From a virus (taxonomy: Duplodnaviria; Heunggongvirae; Uroviricota; Caudoviricetes), in the IMG/VR virus record IMGVR_UViG_2778261176_000007, positions 1-21,023 of that record: a stretch of DNA of 21,023 bases; one strand, written 5' to 3'. Positions 7,956 through 13,805 of the stretch are shown one piece after another. The position numbers and the translations under genes are program-made. The first letter of the stretch is position 1. Every line of letters begins with the position of its first letter. Under the pieces are notes generated by a model, which was not told where the DNA came from, made no database searches, and saw nothing but the letters and a program-made list of their open reading frames with translations.

Positions 7956-8323
7956 CAGAACAACAACTCATTGATCTTGAGGATGAGATTAACGAGATCT
8001 TGCAAGAAGATGCGGCAAGAATTCACTTTTCATTTCACGCAGCATATGAACGCCTGAACGACGAGAGGAACAAACCGCCAATTACTCTTGCTGAGCTTGA
8101 AGATGTGTTTAAATCGTTTATATCTGCACATCTGCAGACTGTTTTGGATTTTGCTGAAGGTACAACTTTCACCATAAAGTGCAACAAAAGCGCCCTTCAT
8201 TTTCCTTGCGCCATTGTACACGAAAGAGAGTTTGGGAAAACGTGGGTTATCCAAAACGTCATTACAGCCATGAGGAAAGTGGGATTCAAGTCTAAAGATT
8301 CTATTATCCTCGAAGTTAATTAA
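7946..8323 (+). CDS. Hypothetical protein, 125 aa (second gene of AT-rich moron cassette)
   Basis: Translationally coupled to the 72-aa ORF. Acidic N-terminal half. Followed immediately by an intrinsic terminator. No recognisable domain. Confidence 0.6.
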   Translation: MSITEQQLIDLEDEINEILQEDAARIHFSFHAAYERLNDERNKPPITLAELEDVFKSFISAHLQTVLDFAEGTTFTIKCNKSALHFPCAIVHEREFGKTWVIQNVITAMRKVGFKSKDSIILEVN

Positions 8324-8344
8324 GCCCGCACTGAGGGCTTTTTT
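8323..8344 (+). terminator. Rho-independent terminator of the two-gene cassette
   Basis: Stem AGCCC / GGGCT with loop GCACTGA, followed by TTTTTT (8339-8344). Directly after the stop codon at 8321-8323. Confidence 0.7.
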
Positions 8345-8416
8345 ATGGACGAAACAAAAGTCAGTGCTACACTCATTGACGCCACATTGAGGTGGCTTAT
8401 AGATGGAAATTTCACA

Positions 8417-8578
8417 ATGAAAAAAGCATTTGCTGCACTGTTCGTTTTGTTGTCTCTGGTAGCTTCAACTCAGGCCTTTGCCGGTCGTTGTCAGCACGAC
8501 AGCGATACTGCCGCTGACGGCTCCCGCTGCGGTGGGCGTTCTGCGGACTCCCGCCCGGGCGGCGGTGGCATTCGTTAA
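8417..8578 (+). CDS. Small secreted Cys/Gly-rich peptide (about 53 aa), hypothetical
   Basis: Signal peptide MKKAFAALFVLLSLVASTQAFA then GRCQHDSDTAADGSRCGGRSADSRPGGGGIR. Weak SD. The upstream in-frame ATG at 8345 lies inside the preceding terminator T-tract, so 8417 is the more plausible start. Confidence 0.3.
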   Translation: MKKAFAALFVLLSLVASTQAFAGRCQHDSDTAADGSRCGGRSADSRPGGGGIR

Positions 8579-8600
8579 AAACAAGGCCGCGAAAGCGGCC
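8577..8600 (-). terminator. Rho-independent terminator of ant2 (minus strand)
   Basis: Hairpin GGCCGC-gaaa-GCGGCC (8585-8600) followed on the minus strand by TTGTTTTT. About 50 nt downstream of the ant2 stop. Confidence 0.5.
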
Positions 8601-8651
8601 TGTGACATGTCACGCTAGTTTCGTTTTGCACGTCCCTGTGCCGACGTTCTG

Positions 8652-9344
8652 TCAGAAGAACCCTGCCTTGTCGTTGATGTATTCCGCGTGCGTCTGGATA
8701 TCACGCAGGCATTTGCTCACACCGACGATGTAGCAGAACATGGTGGTCAGCTCCGCCGCCGCACCCGATACGTCGTGCCCGTCTTCCTGTAACTGGTTCA
8801 GCAGATTCATCAGCAGTGAGTTCTCCGTCAGGCCGAGAACACCAGACGGAGAATGAATCAGGCTGCGGTAGCCGGGCTTCAGCGGGGAGCTGTAGGTTTT
8901 GTTCTCTATCTTCATTGCCTGCATCACTGCTGATGCTGTGGCGTTGGCTACCTGGTCGGCAACCATCTTTATGCGTTCTTCCTGAGGGAGCGAGTTTTTA
9001 ATGTAACTTCCGGTGCGGCGGATCTGAGGAAGAACCTCACCTGTAACCCATTCAAGAAATCTGAATGCTCTCGTTCCCTCAGTCATTGCCTCTTTGCAAC
9101 GCAGAATAAGGATGTAGAGACCTGATTCTGAAACGATGGATAGTTCTTGTATTCCACCAGGGGTCTGTATTGAATACAGCCCCTTTTTGTTCCAGCCTTT
9201 TTTATCAAGTTTTCTCGCTTGTGTAACATCAATATTCAAAGCATTGCACACATCTTTGGTGACAAACCAAGGTTCTCCGTCAATCATGAACATACGGATC
9301 TGGCAGGATGACTCAAAGGAAAAGATGGAAGGTTTGGTATTCAT
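8652..9344 (-). CDS. Antirepressor-like protein with Bro-N N-terminal domain (ant2), inverted paralog of ant1
   Basis: 230 aa from the ATG at 9342-9344 (the track ORF starts 15 codons upstream at a TTG). AAAGGTGA SD. The Bro-N domain has diverged from ant1 while the C-terminal 130 aa differ at only 2 residues. Confidence 0.85.
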   Translation of the reverse strand: MNTKPSIFSFESSCQIRMFMIDGEPWFVTKDVCNALNIDVTQARKLDKKGWNKKGLYSIQTPGGIQELSIVSESGLYILILRCKEAMTEGTRAFRFLEWVTGEVLPQIRRTGSYIKNSLPQEERIKMVADQVANATASAVMQAMKIENKTYSSPLKPGYRSLIHSPSGVLGLTENSLLMNLLNQLQEDGHDVSGAAAELTTMFCYIVGVSKCLRDIQTHAEYINDKAGFF

Positions 9345-9498
9345 AGCGATCACCTTTGTAGTTAGGTTAATCACCACCGCTGAGACCAATCAGATGGTGG
9401 TGAACTGTGCAGAGTTGGTCTTACCGGCTACAAAGGAACCCGGCGCACCTTTCGGTGCCCCCACACAGCCCACCATAGAATAGGTGCGCTTTACACAT

Positions 9499-9584
9499 AA
9501 AAAAACCGCTTATGCGGCATATGTGCCTCTGTAGTAATCCGGGAGACCAATCCCGGCACTGGATTTTGCCAGTGCCTGATTACT
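9499..9584 (-). ncRNA. Structured leader RNA element upstream of ant2 (twin of 6601-6685), c4-like antisense-RNA candidate
   Basis: Same closing stem and two hairpins as the ant1 leader, with loop B changed from ttggcg to ttggtc. Terminator-like CCGC-ataa-GCGG followed by U7 on the minus strand (9499-9517). Confidence 0.4.
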
Positions 9585-9611
9585 ATGGCACAAGAGGAGT
9601 GCGTTGTAAAT

Positions 9612-9626
9612 TTACCTCAAAGGTAA
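9612..9626. promoter_or_regulatory. Palindromic operator-like site TTACC-TCAAA-GGTAA (copy 4 of 5), at the start of the ant2 leader
   Basis: Perfect 5-bp arms. Equivalent position to copy 2 in the inverted arm. Lies in the divergent region between ant2 and the 9774 gene. Confidence 0.5.
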
Positions 9627-9773
9627 TAATAGACGCAGGTGAATATCAAAATCAACCACATTTGGTTAAGGTGTGTAAAAGAGCCACCAGCGAGAAATTG
9701 TACCGCGATGTAAAATAACGAGAATCTGCTGGCTTACAACCAGCGATGTTTCAAATTTGTCACTACTATCAAC

Positions 9774-10172
9774 GTGCCATTCCACGGCGTAGAACTTTAT
9801 GTTGTCAATCACAACGGCGAACCGTACACCCCAATGAAACCTATCGTTGAGGGAATGGGGCTAGACTGGAAATCTCAACATAAGAAGATTTCTCAACGCT
9901 TCTCGAAGGGTATGGTGGAAATCACCATACCTTCTGCCGGTGGGGTGCAAGCCATGATTTGTATGGCTTTACGAAAATTGGCAGCTTGGTTGAACAGCAT
10001 CAGCCCTAACAAAGTCCGCCCTGAAATCCGCGATAAGGTAATCCAGTATCAGGAAGAGTGTGATGATGTGCTCTATGAGTACTGGACTAAAGGCCATGTG
10101 GTTAACCCGCGCAAAGCTAAAAAGGTGTTGCCGGGTAAAATCACTACTGAGCAACAGGAGGTATACACTTAA
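9774..10172 (+). CDS. Phage antirepressor-like protein (P22 AR N-terminal-like domain), hypothetical
   Basis: 132 aa. The motif LRKLAAWLNSISPNKVRPEIRDKVIQYQEECDDVLYEYW resembles antirepressor N-terminal domains as I recall them. The first in-frame start is a GTG with no clear SD, so the start is uncertain (an internal ATG lies 20 codons in). Confidence 0.5.
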   Translation: MPFHGVELYVVNHNGEPYTPMKPIVEGMGLDWKSQHKKISQRFSKGMVEITIPSAGGVQAMICMALRKLAAWLNSISPNKVRPEIRDKVIQYQEECDDVLYEYWTKGHVVNPRKAKKVLPGKITTEQQEVYT

Positions 10173-10196
10173 CACTTGATCACATTAGCACAAAAT

Positions 10197-10213
10197 ATTA
10201 CCTTTAAGGTAAT
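10197..10213. promoter_or_regulatory. Palindromic operator-like site ATTACC-TTTAA-GGTAAT (copy 5 of 5), immediately upstream of the membrane-anchored moron
   Basis: Perfect 6-bp arms. Ends 20 nt before the ATG at 10233, so it overlaps the expected promoter/RBS region. Confidence 0.55.
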
Positions 10214-10232
10214 GTTATTGTGAGGAAAAGCA

Positions 10233-10760
10233 ATGGAAGTTTTCTTAATCATCGTCGGCATCGTGATTATTAATTTTGTTTTTTTATTTATTGCAAAAAA
10301 ACAAAAAAGTAACGATATGCATGTTTCTACAACTGATGATCTTACCTTTGTAGAGCATGCACTGAATGTATCAGGATATAAACTCACTCCATACGGAGCT
10401 GGTGTATCACTCATGTCTTTAAGTAACGGTTTTTCAAAAGAAGAAACATTTTCACATATAGCTTTGATGGCTCTTTCTCAACACGCCAAAGTCGCAGGTA
10501 GTGACGCAATTGAGCTTAGTAAAGTTAGCATTCGTGCGATGTCGATAGCTGAAAACTTAACTAAATTATTCAGGAAAGGTCTTATTCGATCAGAAATATA
10601 TAAAAATGATTTGAATGCTATCATGGCTGTCAGCACAATTAATGAAAACCAAGAGGATTGGATTTCCATAGTTCTGGAAAGCAATAGCACATCTAACAAG
10701 GATACTATTGCTTTGCCGATAAGTGCAGAAGCTTCTTTAGAAGCCATAAACAGCCATTGA
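10233..10760 (+). CDS. Membrane-anchored hypothetical protein (moron; candidate superinfection-exclusion or abortive-infection factor)
   Basis: 175 aa. N-terminal TM helix (VFLIIVGIVIINFVFLFIA) followed by KKQK, then a soluble domain. GAGG SD 7 nt upstream. Strongly AT-rich coding sequence. Convergent with the structural operon. Confidence 0.65.
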   Translation: MEVFLIIVGIVIINFVFLFIAKKQKSNDMHVSTTDDLTFVEHALNVSGYKLTPYGAGVSLMSLSNGFSKEETFSHIALMALSQHAKVAGSDAIELSKVSIRAMSIAENLTKLFRKGLIRSEIYKNDLNAIMAVSTINENQEDWISIVLESNSTSNKDTIALPISAEASLEAINSH

Positions 10761-10781
10761 AAGAACTCCAATAAATATTGA

Positions 10782-13700
10782 TTAACGCATCACCGGATCC
10801 ACTTGGTTTATTAGTGGCGCAATCCAGAACAGGTTATTGCCGGGTATCAGGGTTCGGACATTATGCACAATACGATCACCGGCATCACCATTCAACACTC
10901 CTGCGGTCACATCAATGATGCTATCCGCAAGACCAAATGACGGTCCGAATAGAGATCCTACGAATCCACGACTGGCATACCTAGACTGTGTGCCAGTGCC
11001 AAATAAAGCCCCCAGCCCAACAGCACCACCAGTAGCCTTTTCAGCCATGTTGTTATATTCCATCAATGGCCCAAGAATACCGGATCTATCTATACCCTCA
11101 AGCACCAGCTTCTCTGGTGACCAGTCAACATTTTTCCCTTTCGATGCTTCTTTAAGCGCATAGACCAGTGAGCCAAGAGCAATCTGAAATGCAGTGCCAT
11201 AATAAAATTGCGCAGTTCCTTCCTGTAACCCACCAAGTAGCGCACGGTTGTATGAAGCCGTTGTGAATGATTTAAACTGAAATATCGTTCGCCCCATTGG
11301 AGTACTCGCCCATAAAGGTGTGTCACCAATACCGGGGGTGATGATAGTGTTATTAACGTCTTTCAGAACCGCTGACTGGAATACTCCGGCAACGTACTGA
11401 TCGTCCCATTTATCAAAGTTACCAATGTGCCATCCATCAATTACCTCACCATGTTTCTCGAACTCACTGCGAATACGCGCAGCCATATTGTCGTTGATAC
11501 CGAGTTTTGCCATGCGACGTGCAGAAAACGCACCAGACAAAATACCGTCTGACGTGAGCATTCCGTTCATGGATTTGTTTATGTCATTAAATCGATCCAT
11601 GAGTGTCAGCTTGCCGAAGGCATCAGTAATTCGCTCCATTCCTGCTTCGACTGCTGTTGTCCTGGAAGAACTGTCAACAAGATCACCAATTGCACGAGAA
11701 CGTGAATGTAGTACAGTTTCCAATCCAATCCCCATCTTCAACATCTCTTCTTTGCTGGCCTTAAATGCCGGTGATTGGGATATCTGAGAAGCATAGCCTT
11801 TCATGGAGTTACGGAAACCATTAACCATAACCCCTCTGGCCAGATCTGGAATAGCTGATACTGTCATTCCACCGAGTTTGGTCGTGAAGTTCACATCCCG
11901 CAGAAAAGCGCCAGCACGAACAAAAAACGAAGACGGGTCATCAGGCATACCATATGTACCAACAAGACGATCGCGTAATGCTGTTATGTCTCTGAGATCA
12001 TTTGCTCTTGATTTTGAAAGTCTGGACTGTTCTTTCCGTAATTCCTTTTCGTACTTTCGCATTAATGAATCGAGTTTACCCTGAGGAACAACTTCACCAT
12101 TGCTCTCATAACGTGCTTTCAGATTTGCCACACTTTCGTCATATTTCGCCTTTATTTTTTCAGGCACTTCCCGTAACAGACTGTCATATTCGTCCTCAAT
12201 TAATTGCAGACGCTCTGTCATAGTTCGTTTGCCAAATGTTCTCGTCAACTCAATTTCTGCTGCCGCTTCACGGATATGACGTTGTAGAACGTAATTCACA
12301 TCACTTTCGAGATAATCCCTGATAAGACTATCAGGCACATTTAATGTTCTTTCTTTCGTACTACCTGCAGCTTTTACAGAAAATACGCTGACAAAATCCT
12401 GTGGAACCTTAGCACCAGTAATTTTATTAATTACGATATCCGCTGCAATTTCAGCATCCTCAGGATCCAGTGTTTTATTGCCTCTCGACCACCAGTCAAC
12501 CAAAATACGTCGAAATTTATCGCGTTCACTGATTATTTTTCCAACTTTATATATACGTGGGAAATAGCTTGCCTGGCCTAATGCTTTCAGTCCTTCATCT
12601 GGCGGCAATAAACCAAGCTTTTGCATTTCAACCTTCACCCGATTTAATACAGTTCGCATCGCCTGCGCCGTTTCCTGAACAACAGGATTAGCATGCACAT
12701 CACCGCTTCGCATAGCATTCCCAACCTGCTGACGAAATGAATCAAAACTCATGTCACCACCATCAGCTTTATACTTTGCGTATGCCTGTTTATTTCCGAC
12801 AACAACAGCAGCTTCTTCACGCTGCCATCCACGTGTACGGGTTTCTACAGCTACCGGTGTTTCAATCCCCCTTTCATTTCCTTTAAGGGTGAAATTATTT
12901 TCGGCTAACTCCAGCGTTGTTTTTCGCACTGTCTTGGACGGAGACTCCATTAACCTTGTCAAAGGAGTAAGATAGCTCCCTGCTTTCCATGCAGCCTTTC
13001 CAACCACCCCACCGGAAACAGGGGTTAAATCATCCAGAGTCGCTGTATCAATTTTCATAGCACCAACACTACCACCATCAGAAAGCGAAGCGGCAGCCCT
13101 GTCAGTCGCTGATGTAATGCTCATATTATCAAGAGCATCAGCAACCTCACGCGTGGCTGCAGCCCGGACGGATGGCGAAAGCGCAACACCAGCACTGGCA
13201 AACACGCCGCTCATCATCGCACCCGCTGCAACGTGAGCGGCACTTTCACCCCATGAGCGTGTTATTTGCTGATTATTCAGCACAACCTCGCTTAATGCTG
13301 TACCGGCTGCACCAATCGCAATCTGTGAGCCAATACGCGCCAGTGCCCCTCCTTGAGCACCTGGGATAAACATTGACGCAACAGTAACCGGGTCAAAAAG
13401 CATCGCTGTTGCACTGGCAATTCCACCAGCTAAGCCTGCTTCAGAGATAAAACGCCGATCTTCATTTTCATCATCTATCTGCTGCTTAATCCACGCCGTT
13501 TCCTCTGGCGATCGGGAATCTGCAAATTTCGCCCCCCAGTATTCATAACCGTGCAACTCATTTTTATCAGCATATGGGTTATAACCCTCGACCGGTTCAA
13601 ACTGTCTGGCAGGACGGAAAAAACCAGCCAGAATATTGTTCTGTCGTATTGCTGCGGCAAGCAATGAAGGCTCTTTGGGACGAGGTTCAGGGTTCTTACC

Positions 13701-13805
13701 TTCTGGCGGATGCACATCAAAACTCTGTTCATCAGGTTCAGGAATGGCGAGACCAGCAGAAATAAATCCGTTATTGTTTGATTCAGATACAGGATAGAAC
13801 GGCAT
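10782..13805 (-). CDS. Internal virion / DNA-ejection protein (T7 gp16-position, 1007 aa)
   Basis: Last gene of the structural operon. Its start overlaps the stop of the upstream 902-aa gene at 13805. Gly/Ala-rich segments and long coiled-coil-like central region. Assigned by size and synteny with the T7-like gp11-gp16 order. Confidence 0.7.
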   Translation of the reverse strand: MPFYPVSESNNNGFISAGLAIPEPDEQSFDVHPPEGKNPEPRPKEPSLLAAAIRQNNILAGFFRPARQFEPVEGYNPYADKNELHGYEYWGAKFADSRSPEETAWIKQQIDDENEDRRFISEAGLAGGIASATAMLFDPVTVASMFIPGAQGGALARIGSQIAIGAAGTALSEVVLNNQQITRSWGESAAHVAAGAMMSGVFASAGVALSPSVRAAATREVADALDNMSITSATDRAAASLSDGGSVGAMKIDTATLDDLTPVSGGVVGKAAWKAGSYLTPLTRLMESPSKTVRKTTLELAENNFTLKGNERGIETPVAVETRTRGWQREEAAVVVGNKQAYAKYKADGGDMSFDSFRQQVGNAMRSGDVHANPVVQETAQAMRTVLNRVKVEMQKLGLLPPDEGLKALGQASYFPRIYKVGKIISERDKFRRILVDWWSRGNKTLDPEDAEIAADIVINKITGAKVPQDFVSVFSVKAAGSTKERTLNVPDSLIRDYLESDVNYVLQRHIREAAAEIELTRTFGKRTMTERLQLIEDEYDSLLREVPEKIKAKYDESVANLKARYESNGEVVPQGKLDSLMRKYEKELRKEQSRLSKSRANDLRDITALRDRLVGTYGMPDDPSSFFVRAGAFLRDVNFTTKLGGMTVSAIPDLARGVMVNGFRNSMKGYASQISQSPAFKASKEEMLKMGIGLETVLHSRSRAIGDLVDSSSRTTAVEAGMERITDAFGKLTLMDRFNDINKSMNGMLTSDGILSGAFSARRMAKLGINDNMAARIRSEFEKHGEVIDGWHIGNFDKWDDQYVAGVFQSAVLKDVNNTIITPGIGDTPLWASTPMGRTIFQFKSFTTASYNRALLGGLQEGTAQFYYGTAFQIALGSLVYALKEASKGKNVDWSPEKLVLEGIDRSGILGPLMEYNNMAEKATGGAVGLGALFGTGTQSRYASRGFVGSLFGPSFGLADSIIDVTAGVLNGDAGDRIVHNVRTLIPGNNLFWIAPLINQVDPVMR

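Noticed and set aside
8345-8416. ATG at 8345 as start of the small peptide ORF
   Set aside because: The codon lies within the T-tract of the preceding intrinsic terminator. The signal-peptide Met at 8417 is the more plausible start.
7189-9001. Paired 61-aa ORFs (7189-7374 minus, 8816-9001 plus) with similar sequences
   Set aside because: They are antisense shadows of the conserved C-terminal halves of ant1 and ant2, so their similarity just reflects the duplication.
6557-9627. Site-specific invertible switch (shufflon / G-segment type)
   Set aside because: No invertase/recombinase gene or short crossover sites are visible in the window. The repeats are about 1 kb gene copies with about 5 percent divergence, not invertase target sites. 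Only possible homologous inversion is retained as a finding.
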